64,000 nt of DNA from Trichosphaerium sp. ATCC 40318 (lineage: Eukaryota > Protista > Tubulinea), in contig JALMLS010000585.1 in the NCBI GenBank assembly GCA_038496445.1, positions 186,001-250,000 on the forward strand. Direction: 5' to 3'. Every line of letters begins with the position of its first letter. The first letter of the stretch is position 1. The position numbers were made by a program, and so were the translations under genes. Shown in pieces: positions 53,037 to 64,000 of the stretch. The notes beneath the pieces were generated by a model that made no database searches, was not told where the DNA came from, and worked only from the letters and a program-made list of their open reading frames with translations.

Positions 53037-54814
53037 TTATCCACAGTTTTGCGTACACTTTTGTATAGCTTGTAAGTCCTCAAGTAGTTTTGGAAGTGCT
53101 GCTTCGCTCCAATCCATGTTCAGTATTCCATAACTCTCCTCATGACCAAACTTTCTTCCTTTACCAGATGACTGTGTCCCATCAATTGCCCAATAACCCC
53201 ATTCAAAGTCAGCTTCGTGCAAGTATCGCATCAAATAACCCCACCAAAGGCCATTTCCTTTTGTACTATTCACACATGATAGAGACGTATGACACGTGCC
53301 AAATTCGCCAACCTAAGTATTTAATGCTTAGTTATCCGGCTAGTTTTAATGTTGAGGTTGTGTACCCACACAGGTGCTGTGAATGGTTTGTTTTGTGTTA
53401 CAATGTATCCCCAGTTATCACCTACTTTCGTCTTAAAGCTATCATAAGTCAACGTTGACGGGAAGTCCCATGGATAATCATGAGCTTCATAAACTACTCT
53501 GTTTGGTACTGACAGGCTTATTGGATGATCATAAACACCTACAACGACATAAGAGAACAAGCAAAGACTGAAACCAAAACCAAAAAAACAAAAAGAACCA
53601 AACCTGTTAAATCCAGAGCGTAATTTAAACCTTCAACAATGATGAGTACTTCAGAGTTGATTTTTAGAATTTCCTCAGCAACCATTGTAGCAGCTGCATG
53701 CCAATCATTTGTACCACCTTTAGCCCAGTTTGGAGATTTACAATTGCCGCCATTGTAGTCACATGCTTCACGAATTTCGTTCCTCAAGTCACAACCAATG
53801 ACGTTTTTGTTGGTTTTGAATTGCGTCACTATTGATTTCCAAGCATTTACCCATGCGCTCTCAGGGAAACGTGAGTTATACCTAAAAGCAATACATTTAA
53901 TAAATAAACTACAAACATATTCTCAACACACCATAGCCCGTTTTCGTCATTTCTATAATAATGTTAGATTGCGAACAAAACCAATTAAACAAATGTATTG
54001 AAAAGCTGTCAGAAAAAAAGTGTAAGAAAATCAATTTGACGAGTCAGTACTCACTAATACGTTTTTCTGGAATTTTACTTGATAGGAAACGTGATTTTTG
54101 ACACTACTAGAACGTACTTTGAACAACACCAATCAGCGTCACTTGCGTGGTTATCAAGGATGACCATTACACCAATACTTGTCAAGCTATCGACAATATC
54201 TGCGAATATATCTCTAGCTGTACGACCTACCAGATCGGTGTTTTGTGCCAGAACTGTCTTATTCGATACAACTGGATTATTATTCCACATCTCAACGCTC
54301 CAAGGTAACCGAACACAGTTAAAACCCATCGATTTGATGGTAGCTGCTATTTTGTTTCGTGGCTGTGCTTGAAGGCCGCCAACAACAAAGTCTTTTTCTT
54401 CAGCACCATACCAATTGACCTAAACATTGTCAGTATCAGCAAGTGCACGTGGTTTGAAAAAAAGAGCATGAAAAGTTCCATGTAACTTTACGACCAATGG
54501 AAAATTGTAACGAACATTATTCCGGTCGTAAAGCACAGCCCTCAACAAGAACAACTCATGAAATAATCGTGGCGGTGAAAAAAGTGAGTTAATTTCGATT
54601 GGCGGCCTGTTTTTTTTGTATTTGGTTAAACGTACGCAAGCCAATTTTACGCGCTTTCCCTGCTCGTTTACAATCCATCTACCGCTCGTATGAAGGAAAC
54701 TATTTACTAAAAATCACGTGGGTAAGCTTATTGCGTTTTATTATGCGCAGTCATCGTACCGAGCGTAGAAAGTAATAATACTGTTAGTATAACGCTAAAG
54801 CAGTGTTTAGTCAT
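53037..54814 (-). CDS. Secreted glycoside hydrolase family 5 (endoglucanase-like)
   Basis: VNWYGAEE, GFNCVRLPWS, VILDNH, DLRNEIR (acid/base Glu), YEAHDY, VWVGEFG (nucleophile Glu) and WGYWAIDG. Confidence 0.93.
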
Positions 54815-54884
54815 TCTTCGCTAAATTTCTGAGCGAAATGAACAGAGTAGAAATTTAATGATTTTTACGTTAAGTTTTTACAAG

Positions 54885-55065
54885 TCTTCTACGAGTCAAT
54901 GCTCCAGCCTCGCTCCCGCACCTAGCGCACACCGTTGGCTACCAAAGAGCTCAACCCAAACTCACTGCGTATACCACAGATTTATTAGGCCTTGTGAACC
55001 TGTCGACTTCGCAGGCCAACCTGAGATACAAATCCGGCCCATGTCGCCTGAGCGAAACGTTTTTG
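54885..55065. other. GC-rich intergenic island, candidate structured RNA
   Basis: Abruptly higher GC than the flanks. Hairpin GGCCTTGTGAA...TTCGCAGGCC and a T-run after 55059. Confidence 0.3.
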
Positions 55066-55407
55066 TTTGAATCAACGAGTTATTGTAAGACGTTCTTACT
55101 ATCTATGCATCTCATTATTGAGTAAGTGAAACTACGGCAAATATTGCAATAACAAGGGTGTTAATGACAGACATGTTGTTGATTACAATCAACATTAGAA
55201 AAAAGCTACTTCAAACGTTCCTACTAATTCTGTATGTCCCTGTCACAAGACTTTTCCATCATGTACAATCCAATGAATGTATTACTATTCCAAAACCAAG
55301 ATACACTTCTATCACAAGCATCATCGAAAGAAAGCAAAGGCAAGAAATACATTTAAACTTTTTTTTTTATTTCAGTTTTTTTTTTTGTCATTAATTTAAA
55401 TTTTGTG

Positions 55408-57472
55408 TTACACGACGTATTCAATATCAATTTGACCATTCTTATACCTCCTATGCTGTACAAGAACACTCTGTTCATTCCATACTTTATACTCACCATT
55501 CTTTTGTCCATTTACAAAATAAAGTAACATAGAGCAAACACCATTTGCATGCCAGTTTTTACATTCTCCTTCCGATTTACCGTTTTTCCAATAAGATAAA
55601 ATCTTTAACTGTCCATTATCATGCCACTCTTTATACTCACCTTCAATCTTTTCATCTTTTTCATTATACAATTTCTTTACTTGTCCATTTAAGTGCCATA
55701 CTTTAACTTGTCCTCTATTCTTACCTTGTGTTGTCCATAAACAACGTAGTTGACCTGTATCATACCACTCTTTTGTCTCACCTTGTTCAACTCCTTGAAT
55801 AAAATGTCTTTCAAAAAATTGTTTACCATTAGAATGCCATTCTCTACTAACACCTTCTTCAAGTCCGTTCTCGTATACTTCACATATTTTAATCGTACCC
55901 ATCTCATGCCATTCTTTATAAGAACCATGAACCATACCATCTTTATAAGTACATTCAACACTAAGTGTATCATCCCTATACCACTCTTTATAAGGTCCAT
56001 CTTTCTCTCCGTGATTATAATGACAAAGTAAAGACATTGCACCATTATCATGCCAGTTTTTACATTCTCCATGTGTTTTACCTTTAACCCAAAAAGAAAG
56101 AATCTTTAGTTGACCATTGTCATGCCATTCTTTATATTTTCCTACAATCATACCGTCTTTTGCTGTATAAAGCTTTTTTAACCTTCCATTCTCATGCCAT
56201 ACACGTATTTCTCCTTCTTGTCCGTCTCCTTTAAGTTGTTCTAGTATTTTAAGTTGTCCATTCTTATACCATTCTTTACATAATCCTTCTTTTTTATCTT
56301 CAACAAAAGTACATAAAAGTTGTAAATTTCCGTTTAAATGCCAGTTTTTACACTCTCCTTCTGTTTTACCTAATAAAAAACGTGGTTTAGAATCAGCGTG
56401 TCAAGGACGATGGGACTATTTTTTTGTGAAAACAAAAAAAAGTACACGTGTCAGACGAGAATTTTTTGAATGAACTGACACATTTTATAACGCAATATTT
56501 CGAAAGTATACGGAGTTTCCGATCTGTCAAATGGACGGATAAAATAAAATTTTGATTTAAAGTGTCAATACGTTATCACATAAATTAGGAAAATAGCCCG
56601 TAGTTGAAAAAATTACTTGACGTGTTGTTGTCAACAAGGAAGCTTGTAAAAACCAGAAAAAAAAGAGAAAAAAAAAAAAAAGAAAGAAAGAGTTTAGTAT
56701 TTACCGTTATGCCAATGAGATAGAACCTTAAGGTTACCATTTACATGCCATGATTTATATTCACCTTCTATAAAATCATTCTTTGCTACAAACTCTTTAA
56801 ACATTTGTCCATTTCCATGCCACTCTGTACACTTTCCTTCTAATTTTCCTGCTTTATAGAAAAACTGTGTCGCTATTTGACCAGTATCATACCTGTATAG
56901 TAATTATGTTAACAAAGAGTTAAAACATTAGAGTAATTGACAACCAAAGGCGAGTACAGTGGAGCAGTAGTTTGGTAATAGTTCTAAGCAAAAGAGTACG
57001 CAAGACTTCGAACTTTTTTTCGTTTGATTTTTTTTTTCGTTTTTTTCGGCTTTTTTTTCAAAAACATTTCGTTGTACGATATTGCTTACCACTCCATGTA
57101 CTCGCCATCAGTTACATTGGCAGTATAAGAACAAGCCAAGCTTAAATTCCCATTGTCGTGCCATTTTTTGTACGGTCCGTCTAATTTATCGTTTTTTCTG
57201 TAGCACTCTTGTATCAGCGTTCCATCTGCGTTCCATTCCCTGAACAATCCATCTCTTACGCCGTTTTTGAAGTTGCCAATTTTCATTATTTTATTACCAG
57301 ACCAAACATGCCATTTTCCGTGTTTTTCGAGCCTTTGGTTAAAGTGCGTAGCGGTGGCGAGGGATTTGCATAGTTGTGGGTACGTAAAGTAGATTTCCTT
57401 GTCTATGTTGAAAATGACTTGGTGAAGGTCTTTGGGGAGCGCAATAAGGGATCTAGGCTTGTGTTACGGCAT
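55408..57472 (-). CDS. F-box-like plus MORN-variant (YwqK-type) repeat protein; in-frame TAA at codon 3
   Basis: SLIALPKDLHQVIF...QLCK N-terminus and about 20 repeats of G.YKEWH.NG.L. Three introns. Confidence 0.8.
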
Positions 57473-58026
57473 TGCGTATTACTTTTTTCTCAAACTGCTT
57501 TAACACGACGTGTAGCAATTATACAATGACTAAAACACAGTAGTTGCGTGTTGTAGTACATTGTAAAAAGCGGCTACGCTGTGAATAGGTCGTCTACCCG
57601 GAGAAACGAATTGTACGGCATATATACGTGTTTTAATACCAGTGAAAGTGTTTTGTGGAAAAGTTAAAAAAAAATGCAACAAATACCACGCGAAAATACT
57701 GTTTGTATTTATGTGGCGTTATGAAGCTCTAGTTTTCTCCAAAAAAACAGCGTTGATTTAAAATGATCAACACATCAGCTTTAACGTACAGTATACTCTC
57801 GTGCGAGTTCGTGAATTGACGCTTGGGGTTTGGTGGGTCCATTTAGCGGACTAGGATCTCGTATGTCGCGTTGCCAATACAATACACTAAATAACGCAAA
57901 TACAACAGTCCTTTACTCCCAACCAAGCTGTAGAGATAATCATTACTTATTCAACGCTATTTTGGGTGGCTTAACAAAGAGCGGATTTACATTTTTTTAT
58001 TTACATTTATTCTTGTCTACAGTGTT

Positions 58027-58624
58027 TCAAATACTCTTAGATAACCCAACACAGCCGTTTAACACCGTTGACGCGGATATTACCTTTGCCTTTACGTACA
58101 ATTGGAGCTCAAGCGCTCCTAAAGAAATAAAAGCGATCTTTTTGCGCTTCAATAAGTACTCAAGGAATTCCTTGTACCTATGAACTTGAATAGCATCTGA
58201 TTGATCAGCAAGAGTAAATGTCAACCTCTGTTTGGGTTTCTCTACAACCTTTGAGAGGTTTTGATCTGCAGGAGCGTAGTTTGATCTGAAGTACAGCTTC
58301 TCCTCTTCCCTTTTGTACCATTAAGTGTTTGACACGTTAATTAAACTAGCTTTCGTTATAACGTACAGAAGGCTCTTTGGCGTTGTTCCGTATGGCGAAG
58401 GGGTTACAAATGCTCTGAGGGTACAAATAACTTTCCAGCAGTACGTTCCATCGTCTTGTTTATCCCAAATGAATAACTGATGTATATTGCCCTGTTCAGC
58501 GTTGTTTGGCATTCCAACAAAGCTTTCTATTTCAAAATCTGGAGAATTCAGTCCTACAATACACGTAAGCTTATCTACCACGCAATGGTAGTGCTACCGA
58601 CGTACTTACGCTGTTGAATGTCAT
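58027..58624 (-). CDS. Hypothetical protein (weak resemblance to SPOC domain); 3' end not resolved
   Basis: Joinable exons including KEFLEYLLKRKKIAFISLG. Confidence 0.45.
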
Positions 58625-59212
58625 CACGTCACCGTTAGCTTTTAATAATGCGCGTCCAATACTTGTAGTGTAACTGGTATCGTAGCTATTGCCAAAGTGG
58701 CCACATAGCGAGACTGACTAAAAAACGAAGTCGTACTTGTTCTAATTCAGCTGGTCAACTTATCAATTTGGTGCCACAATACAATTGCAGGCTCTATATT
58801 GAGTGGATTATGAACTTTAAAGAGCTACAATAATATTTATTGAGTAATATTACAATGTCTACGCTCCTCAGCATTGAAAAGAGTGCTAGCACAAGCACAG
58901 GGTATGTATTTAATTTTGGCTAGTATTTTATGTCAATTTCTTCATCTAGATAACCATGTAGTTGTATTAACCATATAATAGCGGTTTTAGGAGTTTTAGA
59001 GAACATAAAGGCAGAAATATGAAAAAGCGCACTTCTGAAAAGTCTGTTACGTCCAAAGGGTGCGTGAACGCGTTTATAACCTATATAAATTGTACATGAC
59101 CTCTAAATTCGGACATCCGAATAAATGTCTTGTATAACAATACCCGTTTAATCGCCTAAAATAATTATACTAACGCCTGATAAGTGGTATAAAGGCGAGT
59201 TTCACGCATACT

Positions 59213-62200
59213 ATGCGAGCAAAAATTAGCCAAAGACAATCTCGTGCTCGTAGCTATGTGGTGCCAAAGGGATGGGGTAAGAAGCGTTTCATGGCAGAAA
59301 TAGGCAACTTTTCTCGTGATGGTTGGAGTTATACTCTCATTCGCTCCAAAGCGGTATATTGTCACGCAGGAAAACTTGATAGAACTCCTCGTACGTGTTT
59401 TGAAGCAACAGATTGTTTCGAATTGTGACACATTGTATCAGGTGATTTCAACGCTTTCCTTGTTGTCAATAAGGAAAATAAGGATGTGGAGCATGTATTA
59501 AGATGGACACGCAGAGATAAACAAGCAGAAAACGCTGTATGTGTGACAACAAGCCTGTCTTTGTATTTTTTGATTTTTTATGAAAAAACTAACATTACCG
59601 GCGACTCTTTGTTCCTAATTATGATCAATAGTGTAAACAATACGTGAAGTATAAACATGCTAATTTACTTGCTGTACATGACTTTGGTGAAGCAACTATT
59701 ACTGATGATAGTGTACGTTTTTTAATTGGCAAAAAATGTTTTTTTCTTTTTACCCTTTCCGTGCTTCCCTATTGACTGACTCGATTTTCAGGGTGACAGT
59801 TGGACTGATATTAATTTTTGGGTTGTTACAGAGTACTGTCCAGCTACTTTTGCAGCCTTAAAAGGAGCTGCACCAGAAACAGTGCGGTTAAAAATAAGTG
59901 CGTATAATTTTTTTAATGTTTTGTTTCTAGGAGCTTTGTCGTTGGTTTTATGAGCTTTGTACAGTTCTACAGTATTTACACAACCAAAAAGGAGAGTCTG
60001 AGGTTATTCACGGTGATATTAATGTCAACTCAACGTTTTTAAAGGATAATTGCTTAGTACTTGGTGCGTTGCTTTTTTCTTTGATTTTCTTGCTTATTGC
60101 GAGTAGGCGAAGCACAAGGTTGTTGTCGTTGGAATGGTTATGGTACAGTGTTGGATTGGGGTAGTAGGATTCTACCATACAGAGGTATGTAATGGAATAT
60201 TTGTTATCATCTTTTTAATTAAAATTTTTTTGTAGCTCCAGAAACATACAGTAAAACACCAACTGAGACTCAAAAAAGCGATGTTTGGAGTTTGGGTGTG
60301 TTCTTATTACACATGTGCCTAGGTTTTTCAGTTGAAGAGAAGGTACATCTACTAAAATACTTGTTTTTTTTTTGTTTTGTTTTTTTGGTTGCGATGGCTG
60401 TTACTCACAACTTGAACAAGGAAATGGAGGATCGTGATATACAGCGTATGCTTCATAAGATGGGAAAGCGAGAAATGATAAGTGACGCTTTCTTGGCTGT
60501 TATAGATTCTCTTCAGCTTCCTAAGGTAACCACCTATTTTTTTAACAATTCTGTTCATTTGTTTGTTTAACGTTCTCTTAGCGCTATACACGCAAAACAT
60601 GTGACAATATCAAAGACATCCTAAATAGAACTCTTCAAGCTGATCCTAATAAAAGGTGTAGTTTGGTACGGGATCTTTGTTCTCCAAAAAAAAAACGGAG
60701 TCATGTTCATGTTGTTTGTTTAGGAATTTTTGTTAAGTCACGATATGGTCACAAAGTTCGCTATTGGTGAGTTACTTACTACTCAACCACCACCTGTACA
60801 AGATGGAGTTGTGTCGAATACTCTACGTATTACAATAGATGACATTGAGGAATCTGATGGTAAGGAAGACAAACGCCTTGCTGACAATGAAAACTTGGTT
60901 AATGTTGATCTACGTACATCTCCATTTAAAGGTATGAACTGTCTATTTTATGAAGCTAGTGAGTAGAAAAACAACTTTATTGATTTATATTGTCAGGATT
61001 CAAACACTCTGTACATGGTAGTGATGATGATGTTGAGTTGGATATGTTCCTTGTTGGTTGTACATCAAAAGTCTTTAAGATGCTTTCAAAGTTCGATGAG
61101 GCTCGCATAGTTGTTGCCAATTGGGAGTCTATAGAACCTGAATATTGGGCAAATTATTTACCTTTAGTATCCATGGCTAACTACATCCTCGGAGAGATTA
61201 ATATTGAGGTACCTTAACCACCTGACACCTTTTCTTTCGTATTTTGTTTTGAAAAGAATTTTTTGTTTTGATGTTTGTTTTAGTTTGGACAACGTCCTTT
61301 GGTTCTTGTTTCGAATACTGCTATGGGTGATTTACTTATAAAACAAATTGCTTATGCTCATAATTTGGTAACATCACCAGACTTGAAAGACGCCATTACT
61401 GGTTGTATTCTAAAGTCTACAACAACAATAACGGATTTTATTGACTTAAAAGATGGCTTAAGGGTAAGCCAGCATAAGATAGGTTTATTTATTTATGCTG
61501 TGTAGGCTGAGCGTGGATTACGCGATATCAAGTCTGAGTATTTCGGAGAAAATGTACCTTATTTCTGGGCGCTTAATTACCACTACAATAATCTTGAACT
61601 TCGCGCAGTTCAAGTTGAAGATGCAATTACGTTCCTTGAGGAGATAATTGATGATTGCAAACCGGCAAAAGAGGAAAAAAAAGAGTACGTATACGATGTA
61701 CATTTATTAGTTACAAACATGTGATCAACCTTCAAAAAAACGATTCTAGAAAGGTTATTTTTCAATTTTTTTTATGTTTCTATTCGCTTTGATGCCATTT
61801 GAGTTGTGGCATGAAGAAAATTTCCAACCAATTTCTACGCTACAGTCAAAGGGATAGAAACAGAACGCAAAGTTTACTTCAATACCTCCAAAAATGTTTT
61901 TTCGTTGTTTTTTTCAATCGTGGCTTATACGCTTTTTAGTGGTGTTTCAAATGTTGTACTTCGGTATGAGGAGAAGAGATTGAAATTAAGTGTTGGTGCA
62001 AAGAATTACATGGTGCCAATGAATCATATTTTCTTGGCAACAAATGAGATATTCGAGCGCTTTATGTTAGATCATAAACTAACACGTGCTGTGCGTAGTA
62101 ATTTTTTGAACGAAAAAAAAGATTTTGTTTTGGACTTATTTTATTGTTTTAGGAGCTTGCTGAAAGCATTCAACGCCAAAAGATTGTTTTGAGTTTATTT

Positions 62201-64000
62201 GGACATCCTCGTGTCATTATTGTAGCACGTACGTACCCGTAGCTTTATATGTTGATAGTGTAACCAGTGAAGTAATTACAACTTTAGGGAGTTTTATTCA
62301 ATTTGTTTTTGGTCTTTATCCTGAAGATGCAGGTTTGTTTAAACTAAGTAGTACTGAAGAATCTCGCCTATACCTTATTAATAAGGTACGTTGTAAAACC
62401 TATCTTTGAATATCAATAAGGTGGGTTTAACAAATGTCTCTTTAGGTTGATGCTATAAAGAACAATTCTGTTTGTATCAATGAGTTTGAAGATTCAAAAA
62501 AGATTGTTAAGAAAAAGTTCAACAAGGATGTTACTACTAAGCGTATACAAGATCCTGTCCGTCTTGCTTTATTTGGTGTTCCTTCTGTTGGAAAGAGTAT
62601 TATGGTTAATTCTCTTACAGAGCAGCCATTAGCTCTTAGTGACGTGAAAGAGACTACAGGAGCAACTACCGAGATTTTGTAAGTTTTAAGACCTTTTTTT
62701 TTGCAGAGTTACCTCACTTGTTATTGACTTTATTAATAGATACTGTGAACCTGGAAAGTCTAGAGTAGAGGTTGAGTTCATAAAAGAAGAAGATTTTGAT
62801 AATATAGTCAAACCTATCGTCCGTGAACTAAAAAAGAATCAAAGGTTTGTCGCTTTGTCTTTTTACACATTTTTTGAAGTTATTTTCTTTGTCTAACAAG
62901 TGACTACACAGGATTCTAAAGAAGCTCAAGAGCTTACAAAACGGTGGAGATGTACGTCTAATTTCTACTGACGCGATTTTTTCCTTATTGTTTTTACAGA
63001 AACGAGGACGTCGTTCTGCAACTTCATCTTCTGGAAAAGACCCAGCAGAATCAGAAACTGAAACTACTACTGGAGGTGGTGATGAAACAAATGATGCTTT
63101 GGCTCAATTATCAGAAGCTGAGCGTAAGAAGCGTATTGAGTTACTTAGGGTCCATATTCGGACTCTAAAGGCAAAGCGTGAGCAGTACTTGGCAATCTAC
63201 AAGGAGTATGGTGTCCGCGCTGTACGTTATTTTCTTTTTTTTCTTTACAAAAATCATGTTTTGACAATGTTTTAGGGCTCTAAGGTGTGGAAGATTACGG
63301 ATGATAATATGGAAGAAGTACTAAAAGATGTGGATAAGTTCGTGTTGCTCGTGCAAGATAAGTACAAGGTACATTTTGTAGAAGACTTGGGAACAATTCT
63401 GTTTTGTTGGTTTATTTTTTTGCTTTGTAGTGCTTTGTTTTTAATTTGTTTCCTAGAACGCTTCACTTGCTGATATTGTAGCAAAAGTAAAGTTTCATAT
63501 TACAGACAATACTTTAAAGTATGTCACCTTCTTGGATACTCCCGGATGGAATTTTACGAGTCATGATGATGCAGAGGACTTTCGGTTACAAAGAAGTCAA
63601 ATGATTGTCAAAGAAACTGATACTTGGGTGCGCTATAACTTTTATTGAGTATTATGATAGTACTCATAAAATACGTTGTACTAATTATTACATAGCTTTA
63701 TTTGTCCCTAGCAACTCGTGTTGATGATCCAGTTGGAGAAAACATTAAACATATTCAAGAAATTAGCGGATATAGATGTCCCGGTGCTATTATTGTTACT
63801 CAGTTTGATCAGTTCCTCAGTAAGCCGGAGATTGCAAAGGTGTGTTTATCTTTCTTTGTTTTTATTGTTAAGAGGTAGTGGTTGATTTCTTTTTAGGGTT
63901 ATAAGTATTGCATGGATTCCAAGTTGAATAAAATGTCGAGATATTTTGAGTCAGGTGGACAGAGAACTTTGATTCCTGTGACTTGTTGTAAAGTCTACTG
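59213..64000 (+). CDS. Multidomain protein: pseudokinase, degenerate alpha/beta-hydrolase-like domain, dynamin-like (NUGGC/SLIP-GC-type) GTPase; continues past the window
   Basis: Kinase fold: HANLL, VVTEYC, IHGDINVNS, YRAPE, KSDVWSLG, DPNKR. Then RPLVLVSNTAMGDLLIKQ. Then GVPSVGKS, TTEIL, FLDTPG and IVTQFD. The exons through the GTPase G1 motif join in frame. Confidence 0.8.

Noticed and set aside
55020-55050. TACAAATCCGGCCCAT resembles RNase P conserved region V
   Set aside because: No matching CR-I (GGAAAGTCCGG-like) sequence upstream to form P4.
55408-56370. Database-style label 'YwqK antitoxin' suggesting a toxin-antitoxin system
   Set aside because: These are generic MORN-variant repeats in a spliced eukaryotic gene with no adjacent toxin.
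56395-56625. Patchy inverted similarity in a long intron (GGGACTATTTT / AAAATAGCCC)
   Set aside because: Too short and gapped to support a MITE without copy-number data.
860-57520. Frequent CACGTG palindromes in introns and intergenic DNA
   Set aside because: Noticeable by eye, but I cannot show enrichment over background without counting, and it overlaps the general ACGT bias.
1-64000. Alternative genetic code or prokaryotic/viral origin as the cause of fragmented ORFs
   Set aside because: Conserved genes reconstruct with the standard code and spliceosomal introns, and TAA, TAG and TGA all serve as stops.

Overview
AT-rich, gene-dense eukaryotic DNA, probably a free-living protist. An amoebozoan is plausible from gene content but cannot be proven here. 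About 25 intron-rich genes with mostly 40-250 nt introns and frequent GTACGY donors, so the ORF track shows only exon fragments; I joined exons by eye and boundaries are approximate. Recognisable genes: SPFH/band-7 protein, CCX/NCLX cation exchanger, GH65 hydrolase, 4xCX9C CHCH protein, purH/ATIC, a gamma-butyrobetaine-hydroxylase-like dioxygenase, four F-box genes (central F-box with propeller-like tail, LRR, RCC1, MORN), IFI44-like GTPase, GTPBP1/2, DUF952, three Pro/Thr-rich surface proteins, GH5 endoglucanase, and a large pseudokinase-hydrolase-dynamin-like gene running off the end. Most notable: (1) a nuclear-looking protein with a domain resembling the N-terminus of bacterial Mrr restriction proteins; (2) the pseudokinase/SesB-like/NUGGC-like GTPase fusion; (3) two unrelated 27-bp perfect hairpins sharing a 3' flanking motif; (4) U12-like introns, one apparently GT-TG, plus GCACGT GC-AG introns; (5) intergenic DNA carrying decayed F-box relics. 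I saw no rRNA, tRNA, CRISPR array or intact transposase.
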